Part shown: positions 1 through 11,549 of the stretch, one piece after another
How the letters are laid out: each line of letters starts with the position of its first letter
Numbering within the stretch: the stretch's first letter is position 1
Assembly: GCF_963921235.1 (NCBI RefSeq)
Contig: NC_086124.1
Span: forward strand, 24,490,001 to 24,554,000
Source of the DNA: Mobula hypostoma
Taxonomy: Eukaryota
DNA length: 64,000 bases
Reading direction: 5' to 3'
Program-made: the position numbers and the translations under genes
Notes under the pieces: model-generated
The model's database searches: none
Told to the model about the DNA's origin: nothing
The model's input: the letters and a program-made list of their open reading frames with translations, nothing else

Positions 1-933
1 AAAGGCTCCCGCTCTCTGCCTCCGGCTAAGCAGCCACTGCTTTATCCATGCTGGAATATTTCCGGTAAATCCATGGGGTCGTAGTTTATTAAGTAACCTC
101 AGGTGTGGCACCTTCACAAAAGACTTCTGAAAATCCAAGTACACAACATCAACCGATTCTCTTTTGGCTATCCTTCTTGCCATTTCGTCAGATAATGCCT
201 TCAAAACCTCTTCAGCCATCTCTTTCAGAACCCTGGGGTGTACACCATCGGGTCCAGATGACTAATCCACCTTCAGGCTTTCAGATTCCGAAGAATCTTC
301 TCAGGTAATGGTGACCTTACACACTTCATGACCTCTGACATGCTGAACCTCCACCGTACTGCTAGTGTCTTGCAGAGGGAAGACTGATGGAAAACAGTTA
401 TTCAGTTTGTCCATCATATCTTTATCCTCCTCTACTACCTCTCCAACATCATTTACCAGTAGCCCAATATCGATTCTTGGCTCTGTTTCACACTTTATGT
501 ATCTCAAGAAACTTTTGGTATCCTCCTTAATACTGTTGACTAGCTTAGTTTTGTCTTGAATCCGTGCATTAATGACTTTTGGAGATGTTCAGGATGTCAG
601 AGGTCATGAAGTGTGTAAGGTCACCATTACCTGAGAAGATTCTTCGAAAGCTAAAAGCCTGAAGGTAGATTAGTCATCTGGACCCGATGGTGTACACCCC
701 AGGGTTCTGAAAGAGATGGCTGAAGAGGTTTTGAAGGCATTAACTGACGAAATGGCAAGAAGGATAGCCAAAAGAGAATCGGTTGATGTTGTGTACTTGG
801 ATTTCCAGAAGTCTTTTGTGAAGGTACCACACCTGAGGTTACTTAATAAACTACGACCCCATGGATTTACCGGAAATATTCCAGCATGGATAAAGCAGTG
901 GCTGCTTAGCCGGAGGCAGGGAGCGGGAGCTTT
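1..933. repeat. Fold-back inverted repeat (arms ~1-352 and ~583-933, ~230 bp spacer) inside a CR1 remnant; inversion junction of the segmental-duplication array
   Basis: 1-584 is the reverse complement of ~13776-14358; from ~585 the sequence runs as a direct copy of ~14011 onward. TGGAG is shared at the junction (580-584). ORF pairs 105..308(+)/14051..14254(-) and 365..559(+)/13800..13994(-) are near-identical. Confidence 0.85.
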
Positions 934-1775
934 TCTGGCTGGTTGCCGGTGACAAGTTGTTTACCTCAGGGGTCTCTGATTAGTCCGATTCTTTTTACAT
1001 GATATGACAATTTGAGTGACGGAATTGATGGCTATGTTGCTAATTGTGCAGACGGTACAGATGGATTAGAAGTTAGCTTTGATGGAGTAGTGAGGCTACA
1101 AAAGATCAGACAGATAAGGAGAATGGGCAAAAAGTATCAGATGCAATACAGTGTCGGGAAATATCTGGTCATGCACGTTGGTAGAAGAACTGGAAGTGTT
1201 GACTATTTTCAGAATGGATAGAATTTTTTTCATGAGGTGTAAAAGGATTTGGGTTTCCTCGTGCACTACACCCTGAAGGTTAATTTGCAGGTTGATATTG
1301 TGGTGAGGGAAGCAGACGCGATGTTAACATTCATTTCAAGAGGATACAGAATCTAAAAACAAAGATGTGATGTTTAGAATTAATGAAGCAATGCAGGGGT
1401 CTGATTTGCACTATTGTGAGCAGATTTGGGCCCGTTATCTCAGAACGAATGTGCTGTAACTGGAAAGTGTTCACAGGAGATGTACGGAAATCTTTCCAGG
1501 GTTGAAAGACTTGTCATGCGAAAAGCGTTTGATGGCTCTGGACCTGTAATCACTGGGATGAGCGTAGGCTAATTGAACTCTATCGGACAGTGAAAGGCCT
1601 GTAAAGGGTCGATATAGAGAGAAGGTTTCCTTTGGTGGAACAGTCTAATACCACGGAACATAGTCTCGGGGTAGAGGAGAGGCCTTATTAGAACGGAGAT
1701 AAGGAAGAATGTCCTTAGCCAGAAAGAAATGAATCTGTGGAATTCGTTGACGCGGGCAGCTGTGGAGGACAAGTC
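585..1775 (+). mobile_element. Degenerate CR1 LINE ORF2 (RT region) remnant
   Basis: Translates as VDVVYLDFQKSFVKVPHLRLLNKL, followed by the PQGS region and CR1 3' segments; many stops and deletions. Confidence 0.85.
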
Positions 1776-1859
1776 TCTTCATGGCAACTTTATTTGATAC
1801 GTGAGATACCTAATGAAATAGCTGCTGAGTGTTAGTCAAAAATACTGATGGTCCACTCG

Positions 1860-2410
1860 ATTAGATTATGAGGACACTCAGTCCTCGTTTATTGTCATTT
1901 AGAAATGCATGCATTAAAAAGTGCTACAATGTTCCTCCAGAATGATATCACAAGAAACACAGGACAAACCAAGACTGAAACAGACAAAAACACATAATTA
2001 TAACATATAGTTACAACAGTGCAAAGCCATACCGTAATTTGATAAAGAGCAGACCATGGGTACGGTAAAAAAAAATGGAAAATAAAATAACAATAAAGAA
2101 ATAAAAATAAATATTGACAACTTGAGTATAGAGATCTTGAAAATGAGTCGGTAGGTTGTGAGATCTGTTCAGTGTTGGGGTGAGAGAAGTTATCTGTTCT
2201 GGTTCAGCAGCCGGGGATGGTCGACGGGTAATAACTGTTCCTGAACCTGGTGGTGTTGCTACCGAAGACACTGATGCCTCCTGCCCGATGGCTGCAGAGG
2301 GAAGGGAGCAGGCCTGGATGGCAAGGTGCTTGCTGATGGATGCTGCTGTCCTGTGATGGCTCTCCTCGCAGATGTGCTCGGGTGGTGGCAAGGTCTTTAC
2401 CTGTAATGGA
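1860..2410 (-). mobile_element. LINE 3' remnants (Rex1/Babar-like)
   Basis: Rex1-like C-terminal coding remnants and AT-rich tail on the minus strand; duplicated at ~15290-15850. Family assignment by eye only. Confidence 0.5.
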
Positions 2411-2809
2411 GTGCTAAAGCCCTCCCGAGACGCCGTGAATCCCGTACATACTGTACAGTGAATGCGATACAACAGAAATTGCTGTAGTGCAGTATTTTGG
2501 AATTTGACCTTGTAATGAACTTTTCAAATAACTCGGTTTCCTCGGCGGCTTAAGTCCAGGGAATTCAATCTCCGGCCCCGCCAAACCCGCGCAATCCCAC
2601 CCAAAATCCCTTGTTTCCGTGGATGCTGTGTAATTCACTACCCTATTAAACATTGGTGTGACGACATAACAGACAGTCCACCGCACACGATCAAAAGATT
2701 TAACTTTGCACTTCCTAATTTGATGAAAGGGTTAATAAAGAAAATGACAAAATAAGGAGAGGGCCCATTTTAATGTAACAGTGTAATATGCACCAGTTGG
2801 AGCAGTTCG

Positions 2810-2999
2810 GAGGAGCGACATTTCGGCAAGAGCAATTTATTAAAAAGAGCCAGTAACAATAATTGAAGTACAACCTGAGCGGCCATTCTTTTGAGTGAGC
2901 CAGTCTTTAGAGTGGCTTTGGATAATTAGGTTTCGGCGAGAATTGACTTCGGAGAAGTATGTCTTTTATCTTATTCTCCCTCTCTCTCCCTCTCTCTGT

Positions 3000-3044
<45 letters not shown>

Positions 3045-5150
3045 AGTGTGTGTGCGTTCTTATTTCTTCATTTCTTATACTTTAGTGAGAACAGCTTCAA
3101 GAGCAGTGTTTTGTACTCTGTGTGGTATGCGGGATGTCTGTGAGACCTCCGGAGGCCCAGATAAACACATCCGAGCCAGGTGCACCGAGTTGCAGTCCTG
3201 ACATTAACGTATTAATGAACTGGAGCTGCTGCTCCACGACCTTCGACACATACGGTAAAATAACGAGGTGATTACAGCAGCAATTGGGAGGTAGTCAACT
3301 CTAGAATTCATGACACAGGTAACTGGGTGACTGTCAGGACAAGGATGGGAAATACACGGCCAGTGCAGAGTATACCTGCAGCTATTCCCCTCAATAATCA
3401 GCATACAACTTTAAGTACTGTTGAGGGGGACGAATTACCGGGGGAGGGAAGGGCACAGTGACCGGTTCTCTCGCAGAGCAGAGAGGTGAAGACAACTGCA
3501 GTGTTGACAGACAAAGAAATGGAGATGATGTTCTGTGGGCGCGGTAATGGCACCAGAATGGTACGTTGCCTCCCTGGTGCCAGGATCAGTGATGTCTCTG
3601 AACGGACACACGGCATTCCCAAAAGCGGGAGTGAACAGCCAGAAGTCTTAGTACTCATTGGCACCAATGAACTAGGGAGACAAAGTGAGGAAGTCCCGAA
3701 GAGATGTTAGGGAGCCCGGTAGAAAGCTGAGAATCAACACCACCAGGGTAGTAATCCCTGGACTGCTGCCGGTGGCATGTCCCTGTGATGGTAAGGATAG
3801 GAAAAATTGCCAGGTAAATGAGTGGCTGATGAGCTGGTGTAGGGGGCACACACGGGTTCAGATTTAGAGATCACCGGGATCTCCTCTGGGGAAGCTATGT
3901 CCTGCCCAAAAGGGACGGATTACATCTGAACGCAAGGATGTCTAATATTCTTGTGGGCAGGTTCGCTGAAGCTGTTCGGGAATGTATTTGGCAGGGTAGT
4001 GGGAACAAGAGTGATAGTGCTGAATATGAGGCAGCTGGTTTACAAACAGAAACAATGTGTAGTGAGACTACTAGCTAGGAAAGGCTAATGACAGGAAAAA
4101 TTGCAGTCAACAGGATGAGTCGCAAAGTAAAAGGCGGACAAAATCGAAAAGGGCGACCGGAGGACTGAGGGTGTTGAATTTTAATTCACACAGCATACAG
4201 CATCAGAGAGATGAATTGGTATTGTAGCAAAGCTGCAGATTTCCATGCATAATGGAGAGGGCATTCCTGAATCGTGTCTGAATGAAGATTGTAGCTGGGA
4301 GCTTAATGTCAAGGGATGCACAATGCATGAAAAGTCAAGCAGGAAAGTACAGGGCAGGCGTGACTCTGTTGGTAAAATACAAATGAAATGAAATCATTGC
4401 GGATAGAACTAAAGAACTGCAACTGCAAGAAGCCCCGGATGAAGTTATTGTTATTGTGGAATTGAGTAGAAAGCTTTAGCTAAAAAAACCCCAAAGGGGA
4501 AGTGATGATAATATGAACGAATCTACTTTGAGAAGGAGAAGCTAAAAGCAGATATATCAGTGTCACAGCAGAGTAAAGTGAATTAGAGTCATGAGAGAGG
4601 AGCAGGCCAGAATTGATTGGAAAAGAACACTGGAAGGGATGACGTCAGAGCATCAATGGCTGGAATTTCTGGAAACAATTCAGGAGGCACAGCATATGTA
4701 GATCCCAAATAGAAGAAGTATTCTAAAGGCAAATTGAAACGATCATGGCCAAGAAGATAAGTTAAAACCAACGTAAACCCAAACAAGGGTTATATATTAG
4801 CTAGAAAGGCTAGATATTTAGGGGATTAACAAGCTTTTAAAACCCAAATGGAAAAACTAAAAAGTTATTAAAAAGCTCATGATGGAATAGGAAGGTAAGC
4901 TAGCCAATAACATTAAAGAGGATACTAAATGTTTCTTTAGAGACGTAAAGTTCAAAAGAGAAGCGAGAGAGGTGATATTGGACGGCTGTAAAAAGGTACT
5001 GGAGAGATAATAATGGGGGACACAGAAACGGCGGACCACCTTAATAACTATTTTACATCAGTGCTCATTGTGGGAAACACCAGCATGAAGTGTGTGAATT
5101 CACTACCCCTCGGGATAAAGTTTTAGGGAACGTCAAAGGTCTGTCATGGA
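2810..5150 (+). mobile_element. Degenerate CR1 LINE 5' part: ORF1 with SGNH-esterase domain and start of ORF2 (endonuclease)
   Basis: MVRCLPGARISDVSER...QPEVLVLIGTNE resembles the CR1 ORF1 esterase; the paralogous copies (17760, 26280) give GITESWLNEDCSWELNVQGY, an AP-endonuclease motif. Copies at ~16250-18670 and ~25412-27140. Confidence 0.8.
2980..3054 (+). repeat. (CT)n/(TG)n microsatellite
   Basis: Visible directly; the homologous position in unit B falls in the N gap. Confidence 0.95.
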
Positions 5151-5154
5151 CCAG

Positions 5155-5534
5155 AGGGGGGTTAATATCAGAAATTAACCACGTGGCCTCTTTATCTACT
5201 TTGCTCATCGAAAATAAAAGGAAATGTTTTGTTCTTCAGAGCTTTCTGAGCAAATTGTTATCTCCTGATGTCAACACCTCAGCTTCCTCATATTGAGCTT
5301 CTTGGAACTTCAAACCCACAGAGTCTCTACCGAAGTGGACTAACTCATCTCTTCGGCTCATTCGGAACCAAGGACCCACCTTAGTAAATCAGCATCCAAA
5401 TTCCGCACAAGACACAACTCCTCAATATATCTCGAGCACCCGAAGAAACCCACCGTCGAATTTAACGTCTGAGTGCAAGTATACAAAACTGCTGAGGACC
5501 GGGACACAGTCGGAGACTCCACGGACAGGTGAGA
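5155..5534 (+). promoter_or_regulatory. Candidate promoter and non-coding first exon of GPCR copy A (donor CAG|GTGAGA at 5529)
   Basis: Block with no recognisable repeat origin, conserved in all three units (donors also at 19048 and 27506); contains a CACGTG E-box and GGAA ETS cores. It pairs logically with the strong acceptor 8 nt before the receptor ATG. No transcript evidence. Confidence 0.4.
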
Positions 5535-7927
5535 TGCATTTCCACCGGGTTCATATTAATTTGGAAATGTGGCGACTGATCAGGGAACATCGGCGTGTCT
5601 GTGTTGCGCAAGAAACCTTGTCTTCCTGCATTCGGGAGGTTTTTCAGGAGATAACTCAGTTAGCTAGTGAAGGCAGGACAGTGGGTTTCTCAACATGCAC
5701 TTCAATGAGGAGAACATTAGAGATTACAGAGTCTGGGCTTGTTTTCCATGCGGTCGAAGAACGCTGACGGATGACCTGACAAAATAAATTAAGATAACAG
5801 ATACAGAGACAGTGTAGACAGAATCGCTTTCCCATGGTAGGAGCAAAATTGAGAGGAAGGCTTATATTTATACCGAGGAATGGAGATTTAAGTCGAATAT
5901 AAGGGATTTTTTTTTAGAATTTGTTTTAATTCTCAATTCGATTTCGAGATACAGCGCGGTAACAAGCCCTTCCGGCCCTACGAGACCGCCCCGCCCAATT
6001 ACACCCATGTGATCAATTAACCTATTAGAGTCTCCAGCCTTCTGGGCTTGAAAGGCTTATCATGTGAGGAAGGTGTTTTGGTCCTGGGCTTCTATTCACT
6101 GGAATTTAGAAGAATGAAACGGGACTTCGTTGAAACCTGTGGAATGTTGAAAAGCCTCGACACAGTCGATGTGGAGTAGATATTTCCTATGTTGTGGGAA
6201 GCTAAGAGCAGCCGACACAGTCTCAGAAGGGAAGGCCGTCCTTTTAGAAGGGAGATTCTGATTAATTTCTGAAGCCAGAGAGTGGTGAATCTGTGAAATT
6301 CATTGCCACAGGGAGCTCCATGTTTCTGTATTTTTAAGACAGAGGTGATTGATTCTTGATTGGACAAGACATGCCCGGAAACAGGGGGAAGGCAAGAGGT
6401 TGGTGCTGAAAAGGAATATGGCGGAACAGACTCTGTGAGCCAAATGCTGGTAGTGGTCGAGGTCGTTTATACGCTGATGAGAGGCAGAAATGGAGTAGAC
6501 AGACAGTATCTTTATTTTTCAAGTGTTGAAATGGCCAGTACCAGAGGGCGTGCCTTTAGCGTGAGTGGGGGTAAGATGAAAGGAGATGTGAAGGGTAAGT
6601 TATGTTTTCACAGAGAGCGGTGGGGGCCTGGAATGCGCTGAAAGAGTGGTGGTGGAGGCAGATACATTGCGACTGTTAAAAGTCTTTTGAATAGGAACAT
6701 GAATGTGAAGGAAATGGACATTTTGTCAGCAGTCGCGATTAGTTACGTTGGCCGTGTGATTACTAATTTAATTGGTTCGGTATAATATCGTGCACTATTC
6801 CTGTGCTGGGTGATTCTGTGCTCTTGCAGGACTCTGCAAAGCGTCCTGGGCACATTTCTGTAGTGAGGGTGACTTCGACTTTTGCACAGTATTGTATTTG
6901 TCAACGAAGACCGGAGAGCGTCGGGCGGAAGCAAATGATGATGGGAATGGCGAAGGTGAAGCGCCTCGGGAGGGATGAGGGACAGGTACCAGAGAAGGAG
7001 AGCCAGGGACGGTGCTGGAGGCGGTTGCTGGCTCGGATGCAGACACGCGCGGACCTGGGACACCAGGGAAGGTCATTTGATTCTAAACAATTCGTTTAGT
7101 GATTATTACAGAATGACCCTCTGGTGCTTCCCGCTTCCTCCCATCTCGCTTCCCGCTTTCCCAATCATGATTCCCTTCTCCCAGCCCCCTTACCACTCTC
7201 AGTCCACAACAAATACACATGTCAGAATCTGGTCACTCACATACATCATGAAATTTGGTGACAGTGCAATCCATCAAATTAATAAAGTGCTGTTTAGTGA
7301 TAGTAACCGGCCCAACGAGCCGCACTGCCCATCAACCTACCTGGTTAACCACAGAAAAGATCATGAAGGTCAATCAACCTAAGTACCAGAACGTTTTTGG
7401 AATGTGGGAGGAATGCAGAGTACCCAGGGGAATCCCCCACGGTCACGGGAGTGAGTATTAGTGGTGGTAGTCGCTTGATCGCTCGAGTCCAGTATGATGT
7501 TCTTCTAAGGGATTGTCATCCGCGGGTCCTCGGCTGGCTGTAGAGGCCGATCCAGGATCAACATAACGGCAGTGTTCGGGTGCATTCCCTTAATGGAGAT
7601 CGGCTGTGCGTGACTTTGTCTAACGTGGGGAAGCTAATATACGGGCTGACATCACATGGTCGTTGACAGGTCGGGGACATGCCGGGGGGACGGTGCGGTC
7701 AGGGTCCAGTGGCTTGGAATGCAAGACGACTGTGGTCTCTGCGCTGACGCAGACATCCGCCGCCTTGACGGCCGTTGTGGTGTATCAGGTTTCTGCTCCG
7801 TATTGCACCGCATCTCTGCCCGCCTTCCTCTCTTTCCCTCATCGCTCTCGCCTGTCCTCCTGAATTCGCCGTCTCTCCATTCTGCACCGCTCTCACTTCC
7901 ACAATATCTCCCCCACCAGATCCGACA

Positions 7928-8884
7928 ATGTCGTTCTCCGAAGGAGTGTCCAGTTCGACGCTCGCTGGGAATCTCTCCTCCCACAATTCCACGGCCGATG
8001 GAAACAGAATGGAGTGGGGAGCACCTTCCGTCATATCAATGGTCATCTTCACCCTCACCTTCCTACTGGGCGTCCCGGGCAACGGCGCAGTCATCTGGGT
8101 GACCGGCTTCAAGATGAAGAGTAAGATCCACACGGTGTGTTTCCTGAACCTGGCTCTGGCTGACCTAATCTATTGCCTGACCCTTCCCTTCCGCATGACC
8201 AACATCATCCTGAGCTACTCTGGGCACAAAACCTACTTTCCCTGGAAGTTTTCTGGAACCTTGATGTTCCTCAACGCCTCCGCCAGCATATATCTGTTAT
8301 GTCTGATCAGCATCTGCCGCTGCCTGGCTATTACTCGGTCCACCTGGTTGCAGCAGCATCCGAGCCTCACATGGGTTCGTGGGGCCTGCTTCGGAGTCTG
8401 GATCCTAGCCTTCGTCATGTGCCTGCCTATCCTCCTGCTTCAGGATTTCAAGAAGCAATTGGCCGTGTTGGAGCCATTTTGGTTTGTTTGCATCTTCTGC
8501 CTCCCCATGGTTATTATGATCACCTGCTACTCCCTGATTGGCTGGAAGCTGCAAGGGAACAAGTTCGTCAAATCTAAGAAACCTGTACACCTCATCATCA
8601 CCGTTGTCGTCACCTTTATGATCTGTTGGTACCCCAATGCTGTCTGCGACCTCGTTTCAACCTTCTCCACACCGATTCCCGGAGACTGGTGGTTATTCAC
8701 TGTAGCCTTGGCCTCCTTCAACAGCGCCCTCAACCCCCTTCTCTATGTCTTCGCTGGCCGCGAATTCCACCAGGCCTTCAGGCGCTCTTTTGTCACGTCG
8801 CTCCGTCTGACCCTCGCCGAGCAGAGGCTAGAATTGCAGACCCAGACCCAGACCGGGAACCTCACCTCAAATAGAAATGTCTGA
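7928..8884 (+). CDS. Class A GPCR, chemoattractant receptor-like (C3aR/CMKLR1/FPR family), copy A, 318 aa, single coding exon
   Basis: 7 hydrophobic helices with LGVPGN (TM1), FLNLALAD (TM2), ISICRC (TM3), W4.50, CWYP (TM6), [13 protein letters not shown] (TM7); N-terminal NLS/NST glycosylation sites; polypyrimidine-CAG acceptor at 7917-7919 just before ATG 7928. Confidence 0.92.
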   Translation: MSFSEGVSSSTLAGNLSSHNSTADGNRMEWGAPSVISMVIFTLTFLLGVPGNGAVIWVTGFKMKSKIHTVCFLNLALADLIYCLTLPFRMTNIILSYSGHKTYFPWKFSGTLMFLNASASIYLLCLISICRCLAITRSTWLQQHPSLTWVRGACFGVWILAFVMCLPILLLQDFKKQLAVLEPFWFVCIFCLPMVIMITCYSLIGWKLQGNKFVKSKKPVHLIITVVVTFMICWYPNAVCDLVSTFSTPIPGDWWLFTVALASFNSALNPLLYVFAGREFHQAFRRSFVTSLRLTLAEQRLELQTQTQTGNLTSNRNV

Positions 8885-9799
8885 GGGAGTTCGTAGGGAC
8901 AGACATCCGACCGATATCCCCTGAATACAGACACAGTGGACAGTCCGAAGCAATTGTGCTCGGCAGTGCAATCTTTCAGAACATGGAACATAGAACAATC
9001 GGCCTACAATGTATCGTATCAATTCAATCAGTCGATAAATGCCCAATTAACCTCATCCTCTCTGCCTACACAAAGGCGATATCCTTCCCTTTTACACATT
9101 CGACCTATCTAAACATCTCTTAAAGGCCTCTAACCATTCTACTCTCACCATTTCAGCAGCGTATACCAGGCACACACCACTGTCTGTGTAAATAACTTGC
9201 CCCTCGCATTTCCTTTGCAATGACGCCCTCTCACTTTAAATGCACGTCCGCTGGTATTAGACATTTCAAGCCTGGGAAGCATACTGAATATCCATGCCTT
9301 TCATGATCTTCTATACCTTATCCCGCCACCCCAGTGAAAATAACCCAAGTGTGTTCAACCTCCCGTAGTCGACGATGCTCTCTAATCCAGGCAGCATCCT
9401 GGTGCACCCTCTGCACCCTCTGCAAAGCCTCGACATCTTTCCTGCAATGGGCGACCAGAACTGTATACACCTCTTTCACCAAGTAGTCTCCATCTTCCTA
9501 TGACCTCTCGCCTTACAAGTCATTTTCACCCTCAGAACAGGATGTATTTTTTCGCTGCCTTCCCTGTAAACTCCACAGAAATCAGAAGTTACTGAAATAT
9601 TCAAAACAATCTGTCTGGCGTGAACTATCATCCGCCATCAAACTCACTTAGATCACATTTCTTCCCCATTCTGATGTTTGGTCTGAACAACAACTGAATC
9701 TCTTGATCATGTCTGCAAGTTTATACGCATTGCGCTGCTGCCACATGATTGGCTGAATAGATGTTTGCATTGACGAGCAGGTATTCAGGTCGACCTAAT

Positions 9800-10270
9800 A
9801 AAGTGGCCTAATGTATTGTAAAGGTTCTGAATATCAAAATAATAGTATAAAGAGCAGTAAATTGTAAAACAAAAAAACAAAATCAGATCAATATGTGCTG
9901 TTACCACCCTCTGCCTTTAAAGCTCCATCACTTCTCTTACTTCCACTGTCGTGTAGTTTTATACGAGAATCGGCTGGATCCTGGAGCATCCTGGAGAACT
10001 TGCCACGGTCCTTCAGCACACCTTGGCTCACTCGCTTGCTCCTGTTTCTCCAGGTGATCCCAGGCAGCCTCGATGATGTTGTGGTCAGGTCCCCCTGGAC
10101 ACCATGCCACTTAAATCCACACATAAAAAATCTAGCGGACCCAGGACATTGGCACAGTATTAGCTGGATCCTTTGATAGACATCTTCACGGTGCACAGCT
10201 CAACCAAACCCTTGTGTCGATAACCCATCTATTTGCATCTCCATCCATGTTATTAATATCTATTACAAAC
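9800..10270 (-). mobile_element. Old Tc1-like transposase C-terminal remnant
   Basis: KLHDSGSKRSDGALKAEGGNSTY resembles the Tc1 C-terminus (...AVxKAKGGxTKY); copies at ~23330-23700 and ~34480-34950. Confidence 0.65.
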
Positions 10271-10559
10271 AGCTGAAATTCCTGGCACTTCTCTGTGACG
10301 AAAACCGCTGGACCTGCCTTACACTCAGAATAATACCCACCACCGCCCCCCCCCCCCCCCTTCTTTGGACATGCCAAATTTGAATCCAGGGAACAAAGAC
10401 GCCGTGGATTCCGTCCATAATGCACATTCAGTACTATCACCTCAGTGTTTCGGCCCGGTTGTGGTTGAAAGATTGGCGCCCTCTAGAGGCGCTGTCCACT
10501 GTATACCACTTCCTGCAAGCAGGGTGATTTTTCCTTTCTCTCTGATATGAAGCACACCA

Positions 10560-11500
10560 GAGACAAGATCTCAGTTCATTCTTTGGCTTTGTACAGCAAT
10601 ACATGTGAGTCTTAAGCTTTTAGCAATTTTAATAAAAGTTTCGTGGACATATTTTGAACAAAATTCGTGATTATACTCCTGTAGACTGTATAGATATTGT
10701 GTACATGTACCGTGTCCTGCTAAAACTACCCGACTTGTATGCGATAAAAACAGTGTTATAGGGTTGTGATTATCTTAAGACAACAGCAATTCTTTAGAGA
10801 TCAATCAATTTCCATGCCACATTCCCGTCAACTGCAATTAAATTCTGAAAGTTACAGGTGTGTATGACGTCACTGCAGTTTTCCAGGATGGCATTGGGAT
10901 CCTCAGACTTGTCAACGATAAAATACTATTAAATGAAAATAACACGCCCGCCTTTTAGAAATCCGATCTGCTTCCTTATACCATCCGGGACATAGTAGCC
11001 GGTCTGCGAGATTATAGGGACGGCTTTCCGCTCAAGTTGGAATGGAGCCTACGGACAAGACCAGTAGTCCCAAGTGCCAAGAAAATTCGTCCTGCAGGAT
11101 CTGTGCTGACTTTAAGGTCACCATCGATTCAATACTCAAAGTAGATCAATCCCATTGACCAGGATAGAGAATATCTTTGCAAACCGTTCTGAAGGAAAAG
11201 ACCTCAGCAAAATGGTCTTAGCTGAGCCCTACATACAGATAGAGAGGGAAGAAGAGTCCAATCTGTTTCTCAGTCCTTATCGCTTAATAGGCTTGTTTTT
11301 AGAGTTGCATTTGCACCTGCAGTCTGTCAGAAAGCTACGGACCAGGTTCTGGAAAGCTGCCGGGGAACCTAGATTACATCATTGTTACCGGTAAGGCTGA
11401 CAAGGAACATCTTCAAAGTCTCATGACAGCGTTAAAAAGATGAATAGATTGGGGGTTCTGAACACGACGCAAGTGCGAATTCCTTACGCCAAGCATCCTT
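10560..11500 (+). mobile_element. Gypsy LTR-retrotransposon pol (RT) remnant
   Basis: RICADFKVTI..ILKVDQ and RIENIFANRSEGKDLSKMVLAEPYIQ resemble Gypsy RT motifs; partial copies at ~24000-24540, 35570-35720 and 36880-37250. Confidence 0.75.
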
Positions 11501-11549
11501 ACAAAGGTGGCTGCGGTTGTCTGTAGAATCAGCCCGCACCGTCACGGGC

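Noticed and set aside
6743-7382. ORFs of 93-141 aa recurring in all three units
   Set aside because: Recurrence reflects recent duplication of intronic sequence; overlapping frames on both strands, no motif, and partly SINE-derived.
7775-7927. N-terminal extensions of the GPCR ORFs in the track (also 21198-21401 and 30087-30290)
   Set aside because: They run through a polypyrimidine tract and splice acceptor, differ in start between copies, and are best read as intron; the ATG just after the acceptor is the likely start.
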